DNA of 64,000 nucleotides from Balanoglossus misakiensis. Its lineage: Eukaryota > Animalia > Hemichordata. Location: positions 3,796,213 through 3,860,212 of the forward strand of contig CM082589.2 of the NCBI GenBank assembly GCA_040954595.2, read 5' to 3'. A program made the position numbers and the translations under genes. Shown here one piece after another: positions 51,349-64,000 of this stretch. Every line of letters begins with the position of its first letter. The first letter of the stretch is position 1. A model generated the notes under the pieces. The model saw nothing but the letters and a program-made list of their open reading frames with translations. It made no database searches and was not told where the DNA came from.

Positions 51349-54300
51349 AATGAAAAAGAAATGTCGTGCAAGCGAGGGTCAGTCGCCTGGCATAAATCAT
51401 AATAACCAGGCATGCCATCTAGCTACGGGCAATAAATTTAATTCATTGCACAATGACGGGGAATAAATACCAGCGCGTTACGTGTCCCACGCGTCCGTTG
51501 CAAGATTTAATGAGAATACCTCGCGGATAGGTCGGTTTTCTGTGCACTCGAAATTTCACGTTACAGGTGGCTGGATTAACTTAGCGGATTGTACTGCTCT
51601 AAAGAAACAGCCCGACTGGTAAGATTATGTCACTGATGCCGTGACCAGGTAAATACAGTGAGTGATAAATCGCACTTACATGTATGTATACGTTGTTACT
51701 GCAAATACTATACAAAGACGACTTCTTGGACTGTGTACGTGATGACGACAGCAGATCCGCTGAAACGAGATAAGAGCGTCTCTCTCGCGTGCGATCAATA
51801 AACGTGACACGCTCAGATCTTCATGCAATATTAAGAGACCCCCGGAAAGCCAGGAATGTGTTGTTCTTTGTACTAACACCTTTCGTCATTACACCGAGGA
51901 AATAACACCATTCTAAGTCAGCGCGTCGGCGTGATAGGAAAGAGACGGATCGCGCGGACGCTGCAATATTTATTTGACACGCGCGTCGTGGCATTATTTA
52001 TGGATTAATTGCGTAAATCCTCACCTAATGAACTGATAACAGAGAGTTTCAACTCTATATCTGGCCACTAAATTGTGACACACCTTCCATTTTTCCATTT
52101 ACGCCTGAATAAATGGATATTTTCCGCCTACGAATGTCTAATTGGTGTGCGCAATTCAATTTCCATCCAACATTTCTTGAGTGTCTGACTCGCTTGGCCC
52201 TTTCACACCTGCCTCCAACCCTTTCTGTCAACAATCCCTGGACAGCGTTGCAGTGTCTTTCCTAACTCTATTTGCAATTGAAATTAATCTCTTGTATAAA
52301 CTACACTGTATATGTCAAAAATGCCCTTTTGAGCCATTCTCCATACATTAATATCCAGTGATCAAAAATAAACTGTTCTTGTTCACAAGATATATTTCTT
52401 TCAATTCAAGTATGATTGGGCCCAGTACTTAACTGTAGCCTTAGAAACGATGGCCAGAGAATGAGGTTTTAAGCCATTTTATCACAATTACTCAACTTTC
52501 GACATCGTAATATTTCATCTGAAATCGCGCTCCACTCAAAAACTAAAGTACGTTTGCTTTTACCTGAATCGACGTGTGTTCGATCCTTTTAAGACGTTCG
52601 TGTCCGTGCTCGAGTTCCAAATATGTTCACCAAGTAGCAGCGAGTGTAGGGACAGACCGTCGGTATTTTAGCTAATGTAAATGAATAAAAATAAAGAATT
52701 GGCGTAAAACAAACATATAGGTAATGAATCAGATCAAAGGCTAGCGAACATTTTACCTTAAGCACCGCTTTAATGGCATGACTCACTTCCCTACTCCAAT
52801 CCAGTCAGTGGAAGTAAAATAGTTTGCTCACTATCCATTAAGCCAGGACGTACAACACACACGGAGGTCCTTATGCCATTTCTGTGTGTAATGTATTGAC
52901 AATAAGAAACGGGAATCGAAAACATTTCAGTAATATAGTACCACCGGCAAATTTACGTTCCAGCACAGCAAATAAGTCGATAATGGATTATTTTCATCAA
53001 GAAGCCTGAAATAAAGGAAAACTCGAGCTTTGAGAAAGGGCCGTGGGGTGAAAATAGCCTCTGGGTCGTTAAACAAAATAAGACAAAAACGGAATTTATG
53101 GAATGCGTCCATCCATTTACTTGTCGATGTGAATCGAAATAGCATAACATAATCGTCACCAAATTAACATCAGTTATCAGCTATGATGTATCTTGTTCAC
53201 ATCCATAGCACATCTCGTGCAATAGAGGACGGGGAGATGGCACATACATGTTGATTCCCTAGGTATACATTTAGGCCTAATTGACAGTTGCCTTGTCCCG
53301 AGTTCAAGAGTGATTTCCAGGGCATAACTTGGACTACAGAGGCCATTATTGAGAATGAACTCCGTTAATCGGAATTAATAATCGGATTAATGATGATTGA
53401 TACATCAATGACAGTCTTAAATTAGTAGGGGGATCGTGGTCTACATGTAAGTCATCTTTAAAAGATTACCACTGGCGGCGCATTCATCGTGTTCTCTCTC
53501 TCGTCACGGGTGGGCCGACCCGCTGGGAGTCCCATACCTCCGATGTGAAACAATTTCCTATAAGTGTACAGTCACATGCAAAGCTGCATGAAGGACAAAG
53601 GTTTTAGCTGCAAAAATCGATACGTAGCACCAGTGTAATTCAGTTATACAATAGGAACGCCGGTCACGTGTGCTGGGATTGCGTAACCATGGTATATGAA
53701 TGTACAGTTGTGTGTATCGTAAATTTTACCCAGGAGCTGATTCGCTGTTCGTTGGTATGCTGTTTGCTCTGGGGTTTTATTTATCTCGAATATGACCGTG
53801 TTAACTGTATGCTCCAGTTTGAAGAAAGATTTATCACTCTCAGTTTGATTTCTAAGCCATATTTCTGGATATCTTATTATCACTAAATAGTTCTAACTGT
53901 GCTTAAGGTACCTGTATCTATACATGTATATCAACCGATAACATATAATAAGGGCCTCTGGTGTCAGATGACCTCAATTTTACTTTATTCTGCTCCGGGG
54001 TTTATTTAGTTTTAATATGGGAAAGTATAACAGGATCATTGGGACTGCCACATTTCAATGACGAGTCCCACAGGCGTGTTATCACTTAATGACCTTTCTT
54101 TTGGAATGTAATGGTCATAGACATTTCATGTTATTAATGCATGGTATTAATTAAGAAAGATCTATTCGGTATGCCTGATTAGCAGAAAGTCTCGCCGGGA
54201 TGGTTTATATTTCAGGGGTTAGGTCAAATCTAGTCGTTAAAATGTTCTCAGATATTTGGATTCGGCATGCTCGGGTGAAAAGAAAGGAAAAAACGATGAA

Positions 54301-55181
54301 ATATGTATGTGATTAGACACGCTTTGTGGCCTGGGGTGTGGGCGTGGCGATGATTTTGATATTACGCCGGTGTGTGTTCGCGACCGATTTAGACTGGTGG
54401 AAAGCATTTCATGAGAGGAAGGTTAAACTTGATTCACAGGCGTACCTTAGTCTTGCGATATCATTTGGAGTTGAAGGACATAACAACCCAATCAATTGTG
54501 AAATGGAGATTTGTAAGAGGAGCAAATCTATAGCTAACATCACTCATCTGTTGTAACATGGCAAAAGACATGTATAAGTTCGTTGCATGGCGGGGGACAA
54601 GCCATAAAAGACCCCCTGAGCACTCGACAATATTTACGGTGCACTAAGATATTTACTGTATTCAGAATAGCCATGCATGCAGTAAAATAGACAATTTCAC
54701 AAAACATATCCACTTTGGTATACAGCAGCGAAATCGCTTACGGAGCAGCAGGGGGCCATTTAGAGGTCGTCTTGATGTAAGAGATCAGAAGATTTACGAT
54801 CAGAAATGACGTGAACATTTTCTCCGACAAAGGAAAATTAGAGACGATTGTAGGTTAGTCAGAAACTCATCTGCAAAATGGATTGGTGATTCCAAGCGGT
54901 CAAACAAGCAGACTCAATCAGGTAACAAACAGCGAGCACTTGGCACAGTTCAGTTAATGAACATGAGAATAATCCGACTTTCGAGTTTAACCCTTAAGAA
55001 GTAATTTTATTATGACGATCTCAAGGTCACTGCTTTAAGACTGATTGGGTGTTTATTCCCCTTGTAAAATGATGGGATATTTCCATTCCTCTTGAAAATG
55101 ATTCTATAGGCTAATTATGGTATTACCGGTTTAAAATCAGTATACATTCCTGATTGGTCCGTTTGAACACAACTCCAATAA

Positions 55182-55401
55182 CCCTTTCAACGCCAAAGCT
55201 AACTTGTCATCGTTCACAACATTAACCTTCGTTATCTTTACCAAATTTCACTTTTCTTCTCCGCAAAAATTTGATCAAGAACTTTTGGCAATGGGGAATT
55301 ATGTCAACCTTGTCTAAAAATTAAGGGAAATAGAGAAAAATATGATACTATGTGAAATATTTGACCAAATATTTTTGCGGGAGAAATCGCGGTTCAAAGG
55401 G
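55182..55401. mobile_element. 220-bp piggyBac-like MITE with imperfect TIRs and an ATAA duplication
   Basis: ATAA|CCCTTTCAACGC ... GCGGTTCAAAGGG|ATAA. CCC...GGG termini with a 4-bp TTAA-like duplication are typical of piggyBac elements. Confidence 0.65.
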
Positions 55402-57812
55402 ATAACATCCACTCATGTTTGTAGTGATCCTTTCGCACAAAGAGAAACGACTGGCGTATACAAATTCACATGAAAGGAATCCACGTCGCCCTACATGCAT
55501 TATTGATATCAAGAGTGAAGGATGGTCGGAAAATATGACTTGTAAAAGTGACTTGTATCAGAATGGAACGTAGATTGCAAACGTGACTGACAGGTTAATT
55601 CACTTGAGAAAATAATGATTGTGTGTTAAAATGCAGTACTAGACTTTCTGAGGGACTATGGTTGTATTGCTCGTGAATAGATGATGCATAATGAATGCAT
55701 GTACCATCGTTTTCCAGCATGACCGAAGCTGCATGTCCACACCCGATGAAATTTTGTGATTATTGCCGCCTGTCCGGTCGATCAGCATTGTCACCGCGTC
55801 GTGTACACCTATTGTATAGAACGCATGCGTTTATCACCATAAGATATAGCCATTTTTCATCGCTGTTTTCGTATTTACCGCTTGAGTGTGCTTGTATTAC
55901 CGAGCGGCCTTCGACAACAATACCGACAGATGGTATAGGTACAGCGACACTCGAATGCTCCGCAAATACCAGCATTTTACTTTATCATGCCAACGTCGTC
56001 TGGGAACCGTAGTGGTATTACTGGAGAGGGGAAAAACGAAAGCTGCCCTTCCATCAAAATCCCATTGTGTTTACTTGACAGGATATCAACTATACGGATG
56101 GTGATAATCGGTTTTGCCCTAGGTTTCCTTTGTGCCGCCGGCAAAAAGCTCCTGAGATATAGCGAACATACGGTCACTGTTTATTACTCCTTGCGTATTT
56201 CCGATACTTAAAAAGTACTTTTATTTATATTCTGAAAATGGCTCAACCGTTTTCCAATTAATTTTTCCAACCGGAACATATATATTACGTAAACGCCTGC
56301 GCAATTCAATATCACTGAAAGCCACACGTACCAGGAAATAAGTAACTGCGGTCACTGTCCGCTTCTTTCGCTAACTTTATCTAATTCCCTCGCCCTTATT
56401 CATCAATGATCACACGTACCAAAATAACAGCGTTAGGCTTATTCATCAGAATTTCAGAAATAACATGGTGTGCACGACAGAGCTTTTAAAAAATAAAATG
56501 AAAATTGATGGGCAACACCTGCATTGGTGCTTACATTTTGAAAGGCCTACGATCAAAATGCCAAATGTTTTAAACAATCAGTTGTTATATTTGTATAAAA
56601 ACTTTTTTGGCCTTGGTCTTTTGTTCTTTATATATATAGATCAAAGTTTTTGTTGTGGTGACCGGGGGTTAGTGGCGAGCATCAGACAATTGGGAGTTCT
56701 CTTCTTCTAAGCAGACAAGTTTAATGGCAAAAGTATAGCAACAATGGTGGTACATGTATATACATGTATATACATTGGCCATGTCAAACTTTTATGGGTA
56801 TAACGTAAAACGTATTATGAATCCTTACCAAGGCTTCTCAGCATGTCTATGTATGTCTCGTATGGTTATTCTAGGTTAGACAATTCATCACAAAATGGGT
56901 CAAGGCAACAAGAATATCATTTTATCATTTTTATAGTAACAAATGCATGTACGCATTGTGTTCTGGCTACCAGGAACACTATACTTAGCAGTGTGCATTG
57001 AATTCGGCTGGTATAGAACGTTATGTTTGTTTTATGAAAGTATAGATCTATTGATCCGAGGCCTAGTGTGGCGAGACTTGTCAACCTGTAGTTCGAAGAC
57101 TACGTACACGTATAAATAGCGATCAAATCGCATCCGGTTAAGCCGATATAGGCCTACCCGTCTTTTATCAAGCGATAATACTACTACGTGTACAGGTTGT
57201 CTGTGGACGCATGCTTCTTAACTCATCATACCCGTCGATTAAATGAGGTTCTCCATTCAAAAGTGTGTAATTGAACTAGAAAACTGTTTCGCTTTGACCC
57301 AAATGCATGATAAGTTCGACAGTGCAAGCCTGATGCCAATATATGAGTTATCAGTCATGTAAGCCAATGACTGTGGCCGACCGCATTTGAGTAAATGTTG
57401 TATTGTCAATAATTTGATGGATTACGTGTAGCTCCTGAAGACAGATCACGTGGTCTAAGGTGTTGCGCAGTACTGCACTTTCGGCTGTTCGGAATTACCC
57501 ACAGAAATCAGATCTTCATATGCAATTAACATGCGGAACAAGTGAACGAAATTGAAAAATTGAACATTTCATCAATAACGTATGTGGGTATTCTCCACTT
57601 TAGTCATTTCCTCTTCATCCACGAGGTGGCCATGGCGGCGAGCCTTTGAAGCGATATGAAATGGCAAATCCGTTATTTTTGGTAGATTGCATCCGGCTCT
57701 TTTTGCGAGCATTGTCAATGCACACAAACTCGCGTCGAATGATTTGTTGACGAAGGAGATTTGAAATATTGGCAGTACATCAAATATTTATCATCCACTG
57801 CGATAGTATGAT

Positions 57813-57894
57813 CTCTCTCTCGTCTGTTCGTTCGTCCATCCGTCTGCCTGTCTGCGTGTCCGTCTGTCTGTCTGTCTCCCCCACCCCCTCTCTC
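57813..57894. repeat. Degenerate (TC)n/(CTGT)n simple-sequence tract
   Basis: ctctctctcgtctgttcgttcgtccatccgtctgcctgtctg...ctgtctgtctgtct read directly. Confidence 0.65.
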
Positions 57895-60800
57895 CATTAT
57901 TCAATATAGCTTCATCCAACTCTTATCACTCGCTGGGGAATAAAATAACCATTAGGGATTACCATAGTTTCTTGACAGACTAATTTCCTCGAGCATTTTG
58001 AAAATCAATCCTTGATTGACTCAGCCGCTGAAATATCACCGGAAGGTTGAAACGGCGATCTTCTTATGAGTTATAGCAATGATTGACATACCATGCAATC
58101 TATATATCCGCAAGATCAATTCATAATAACCCTGGCTCACCTTGGAGATATAGGCCAAATCTTCTTATCTTGATGGAAACGTCACACTACAAACAAAACA
58201 CTTACGTGTAATTGTCATAAATTTTACTCGATTGCAGGTTGCAGTGATTCGCTGTCAATTACCGCCTCCTTAGTCAAGAAAAATATTAATATTGTGGGGT
58301 TCTCGGTCACATAATACTATAAATAAAAATTAAAAGTGCAGGCTGGCTATCACATTTGTCTTGAGAATTATGAATTCGCAATCAAAGCGTGCCGATAAAT
58401 ATGAATTCACTTAAAGCTTAATGCATATTCACTAAGTAATACATTAGCGAAAGGCTAATGACGATTTGAAGTAATGTTGTCTTCTCATCGGTATAGCAGT
58501 CATATCAAATGGAAACAATATCTTCTAACTTACACATGCCCATATATGAACAAAGTTTGGGTGTTAGTGGTCTAATATTCATGTGTCTGGGGACTATTTA
58601 ACTGGTGGCCACCCACCTGACAGAGGGGGGGGGGGGGCATTCATTCAGTTATGACTTTCTCCTTGCGGCATTATCAATAGATAAACTTTAATGATAGGGC
58701 ATCGACCTTTAAACTAACATTAGCATAGCCTCATCCCGGCGTGCATATTAATTAACAGTCTCCTGCTTCGCAAGTGTTATATTTTCAAATGATTCCCCGT
58801 TAATTTGGAATTCAGGAGTGAATGTCATCTCTTGAAATAATAAATCATGATAGAAACCTCATGAAACAATTAAATATTGACAGCACGTATATAAATAATG
58901 CAAGAATACAGGACTGTGGGCATGCTGATGTCAATTAAGCCAGGCAACATTGTCACTTCAATAAACGAAGACAAGTACTTGACGTCTCGGTAGCAGCTGT
59001 TCCATGCATGTATGTATATGCATATATGCATATACTTGTGAACTTGGCGCTAAAGTTTATAGTATAACCGGGGAAATAAATTCAATTCTGAAAAAAATGC
59101 TTCGGCTATATTGAGATTCTGCCATGTATTAGAACAAGCATTTGGTTACACATGGCCATTCTGAAAGATTATACGGCCAGTTCTATTGTCTTTTCGGCTA
59201 TCATGGTATTAAGGTATGTCATACGATGTATACGCAGTGTTTGCAGATAAATATATATACCACTACTAACCAAATGTCGTTATATCTTAGCCAAACATTT
59301 GTATAGTGCGTAGTTTTTGTGGCCAACATAACGAGCCAAAAAGATTGACAGCAAGTTCAGGCCAGGTGTTTACCTATGAAGTATATAATTGCCGTTTTCT
59401 GAGCTGCGTATAGAAAATCCAATTCACGAAAACGAACATCTGAAGTATGCTACGAACACACATCCCTCTTATTGAGGATAATATCAAAAGAAATTATTTA
59501 ATTCACATTACTTCCTTTGTACCCAGATCAATTTATGAGCTAAACCCCCCTTTTTAATAAAACCCAGTATTGGAAAATAACCAGAATGTTCAGCGTTGCC
59601 ATTTCTTACTAATTGGATGTGATCCAGTCCTTATGAAGTTTCCGTGATTTGTTAGGCAGTGGGCATTAAATCTTTCTGTTCTAATGGTTATATTGGAGAT
59701 TTGAGACAAATTCGTAATGTGTTGGTGATGAAATCCATATGGCGCTGACGGGAGCGGTTAACGAGGCGTGAGTCGGGCTGGATTACACCACAGCGTGCAT
59801 ATGCAGCGAGAGACACGGATCGCTCTAACAATCAAAGAAATATTCATATAGTGGAATTATGCTATATTTGTGTCGGAAATTGGAAATAGCGACCGCAGAT
59901 TACATTTAATGGTGAACCGACTTAAATCACCTGTACGCTGATACAGCAACCAAAGCAGCAGTGGATTGAAATTCAGTCTTGCTTTAATCTCAATATCTTC
60001 AATAAGAGGGCTGATGAATTCGCTTATGATTGATGGTTAGCTCATAAACAAAATCACACCACTTCAGGTGAAGTATTACAGATGCGGTGGAAATGGACTC
60101 TGTTGGCATGGTGATGTTTAAAAGCCACAGAAACAAAGGTTGTTCCGATTTGACCCGAAATTATTCATAATACGTATACCTCTTTTGTTCCCATTGTGAC
60201 GTATATACATGTGCACACTGTTGGCTGTACGACCGTTCAACGATCATTAGGCATCATCGCCACCTGAATCGCCATCTGTTGTTTTGTCGTGCTGGTGTGA
60301 TGTGTGTGGGACATGGTTGGCTCGTGTGTGTTATGGCTACATGCGACATACATGAATATGCTTACAGTGCCATTCGGAAAAGCTATAAATTCTCTTCAGT
60401 TTCACCATATCTATTCTTGGCACCAATTTAAAATGCAAATGATAACATTGTTCTTTTTTGGGATTTCCATATTGATTCCCATGTACATGTACATGTCTTC
60501 GCAAGGCATGTATTTCTGCATAACGGAATACAAAAAATCCACCTTGAGAAATAAGTTTACTTTTGAGGTAATTATTATTCCCGCATGTGGAATTATTTTG
60601 CATAATACACATAATAACAAAATTGCCATTTAAACGTATCCTGCAGGAATAATAAGACTACCAGGGAGTACTTTTCTTAAACTTGCATTCAAGTCACGTC
60701 CCAAATACGTCACAGACGTGAGTTACTATGAACTGTGACGAAGTAAATCTTAATATGTTATTTGAAGCTCAATCGAACGAAACCAATCTGCTATCGATGC

Positions 60801-63622
60801 TTGGTAAATATTGAATTATGCTTTACACTTGACAACTCCCCGCATTGTATACCTGCGACTACAAATCTCATCCCCAGCCGCGGATGGATCAATCGAAAGC
60901 ACAGAATTCCCAAGCAGCCTTCGCCATGATATCGAGTTCCGTGACAAGTGAGGGATAAGACACGGTGCACTGCCGCGAAACCGCTGCAGTGACCTTTAAT
61001 AGCATGTTTTTATCTGGACGTTAAATTCGAACAAACATACAAGCTAACTATCTGTTGTAGTGTTCTAGTAAACTTGATGCAGCCCTTTTACCCGATACAC
61101 CTGCCTAAGGGTACATTGTACGTTGTACATGGGCCTAATACCAATCCCATGTGTGAAATCCTCAACCTCCTCATTGCTCTTAAAATTTGGTGATGGGAGC
61201 TGTACACACCCTGTAATCGGTAAACAATTAACATTTCATGACCAAGCTGACCGGCCATATTGCCTACCTAGTACCTGGTGATATAGTTTGCGTGCGAGTA
61301 GGAGAAGCTTGTCTTCGAAATGTAATATACGTTCTCGATGATTGATAGCGTATGGGGCTGAAATTCCATCAGTAATTACACACGCACGTGGCGTTATTTT
61401 GTTTAGGCACACAGCCGAAACGGGAAACGGTGAGAATAATTAATTAATCAATCGCCATTTAACAATATTAAGATGCACGGTACCTGAACAAATATTTGGC
61501 ACAAAGAAAGCATGTACTGAGGTAGACAGTTAAGCTTGAAGTGTCGGATGACTGACCTGTCTATAAACAAACTTGTTTTACGGTCAAGTTGAACACCACC
61601 CAGCTGGGAAATAATCTCCCTGCGAAGTAATCGGTGGGTTCCATAACCTACGAACGACCTTAACTATGAGTAAAGGTTTACAACAAGCTGAGTAGACGCG
61701 CGAAGTGTTTGCACAAACTTTAATGAACGCGTATACACCCTGAGGCTAGGCTGGTTATAAATTCATGTGTGGATAAACACAGATTTCAACGATATGGACG
61801 CTGCCAGACGAATGAGCCCCATCAAGTATTATGTTTGATAAAACGCACCCCACGGCTGCTTCATGCTGTAGTGTGAAATATTAAAAGTATAAAACATGTC
61901 TGAAATAAAATTCACGTTGGTAATAAAACGCTGTGTTACCGTCCTCAGCAAACAGAACCAACATATCGCAATAACGCACATTACACTGCAAATGATAAAA
62001 TATACATTACACTTTAACAAGACCACATCAGTAATTTATCTTCCTTTGAGTCTTATTTAGTTTGTCAATCTCTACTTTATGACTTTATGGCTCATCGACC
62101 AGAATCTCTGCGAAAACCAATCACTTCATTGTAGATGTCGCCTGTTGTTATTTAAACCATGCCACCGATCACCGATCTAGATCAACTCAATATTTCTGCA
62201 ACTGTTTAATGCGCTTGCGAATTAAATCGACCAATTTCTGTCAAGTGAGACAGAAAATGATCGATGTGAACGAGTACAGTGAACCATAGTTTGTTAAAGA
62301 CGTGATCGATTGTTTCCTGGTGTTCCAGATGGAAGATGCCAAAAATATCCAATGTTCTATAAAATCTAAATGTAATGTCTCAACATTTCTTAACATCAAG
62401 AGTTCATTACCAATTTTCCATCAGGCGTTTCGATGGTGTAATGACCAAACGAATTAAATTCGATTGAATTGAATCGAATACTTTTTATAACTTTTTTTTA
62501 CAAATTGCGTTACAATATTTTAAGTTATCTGTTTATTAAATATCGACCGACAAATACCAATAAAAGTGAGGAATATGAATATTTTGGACAAATTCTCAGT
62601 TAGGTGGGAACATGTACTCTTAAAAAGTGTTGAAATGTACATTATTGATGGCCGTTAGTATGCAAGATGACCGATCGTTGAACTGTTATTATAAAGGACC
62701 GTCCCCATACAAGCACACCTGCGAAGTTGCCACCTTCTCCGTAAATAGGCACTAGACAAGTTAAGTCGGCCAAATCGACTGCGCGGGGTTAATTGGGTCC
62801 AAACGTTGAGGGCAAGCATTGCCATGGAAACAGAACAGAAACCATAATTGTGTTCCCATCGAAAATATCCGTGATGATCCCAAATTGCGGACTCCAGTGA
62901 GCTTATCGTACAGAGAGAATTACTCATAGAATCGCCAGAGGGGGTTACCTCTCACGATTGCTGTCTTCCTCGTCCACAGTTCGAAAATTCAGAATTATGA
63001 TTATTTAGCTGCAACGTCACAGGCCATTGGAGTCTTAACCAACATGGTGTAACGGGTACGTCACACTTGCTCGTTTTAGTCGGTCACGGTCGCAGCTGTC
63101 CATTGACAAGGTTATAATTAGCATGGCACGTCCCTGCCTTGTTTCCCTGCATGTCAACGAGACACCAACACATTGTAATACGACCGACCCAAGACTTCAT
63201 TTTCTGAACCAGTTTCTGTGCTATAAAAAATGAAAATATAATTAAAGCTGTCAAGTCGATAAATTAGTGTCATACCTGAAAGTTATCATGACAGACAATA
63301 GTGGCATCTTCGTGTATTTAATTCAACGCGACGCATTGTAACTGATTCTAAATTGCCTATTTTAGCGGGCACGCACCCCTTATCGGTGTAGAGAAAATTG
63401 TGAAATTCAGAACTTGTATTGCTGTGACTGTTGCTTTGTTTTATTACATTCTCTTACCATCCTGAGCATGACAAAATGTCCAGACTTCTAACTAAGGTAT
63501 TATTTAGTATTGAGATATTCCAAAAAATGTTATTTGCATACTGAACTTTACCTTCCACAAGTGGTACAGCAGTCAGACATATCTCCCGATAGATACAATG
63601 ACATGACATAACATAAATTTAA

Positions 63623-63915
63623 AGGGGGAAGGTCGTCTGAACTGCACATGCGCGACTTTTCTGTTTATAAACACACCATCTGCATTGTTGCCACCGTTCC
63701 GGGAGATCCTGCAACCAACAGATGCTATATCAAAATAACTTGGATATGTAATAGTAAGGATGCATTTTTGCCATATGCAGTGTAATACAAAGTAACAACC
63801 ACATGTTTTCAATGCAATACATTGTAGCAGTTACATACGCATACTTTTACTTGCTATAGCTATTGTGTCGTATGAGACCAATACACGCAGTCGCAGACGG
63901 GACGACACCCACTCT
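63623..63915. mobile_element. Degenerate MITE of about 293 bp flanked by TTAA
   Basis: TTAA|AGGGGGAAGGTCGTC ... GACGACACCCACTCT|TTAA; 10 of 15 terminal bases are complementary. Confidence 0.45.
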
Positions 63916-64000
63916 TTAAAATCGCGAAAGTGGGAGTACTTACCCTAGCTGAGGTATAACGCGGGGGAAATGTGTTTTTTTTTTGTCACATGCCGTGCAC

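Noticed and set aside
57055-57110. A-box/B-box-like fragments suggesting a tRNA or SINE
   Set aside because: No cloverleaf can be formed and the box matches are poor.

Overview
Eukaryotic, intron-rich genomic window from an animal; a marine invertebrate deuterostome is my inference from the gene content and repeat style. The ORF track fragments the genes, so I rebuilt them by hand from GT-AG sites and reading-frame phase. From left to right: (1) the 5' part of a type II membrane ENPP/NPP-family gene (minus strand, running off the left edge) whose three visible active-site residues are all substituted; (2) head-to-head with it, a DUSP23-like gene whose P-loop Arg is Ala, followed in tandem by an intact DUSP23-like gene; (3) an 18-exon FAM135 gene (minus, about 1420 aa); (4) an unrecognised 2-exon gene of about 95 aa with a Cys/His cluster, divergent from FAM135; (5) a 10-exon TRPC-like channel (about 958 aa) that lacks the TRPC Zn-binding motif and has a long S3-S4 loop with a furin-type site; (6) about 28 kb of mostly non-coding DNA with a probable first exon at 39.6 kb, several MITEs and microsatellites. 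I saw no rRNA, tRNA or CRISPR features. All gene models are manual and lack transcript support.
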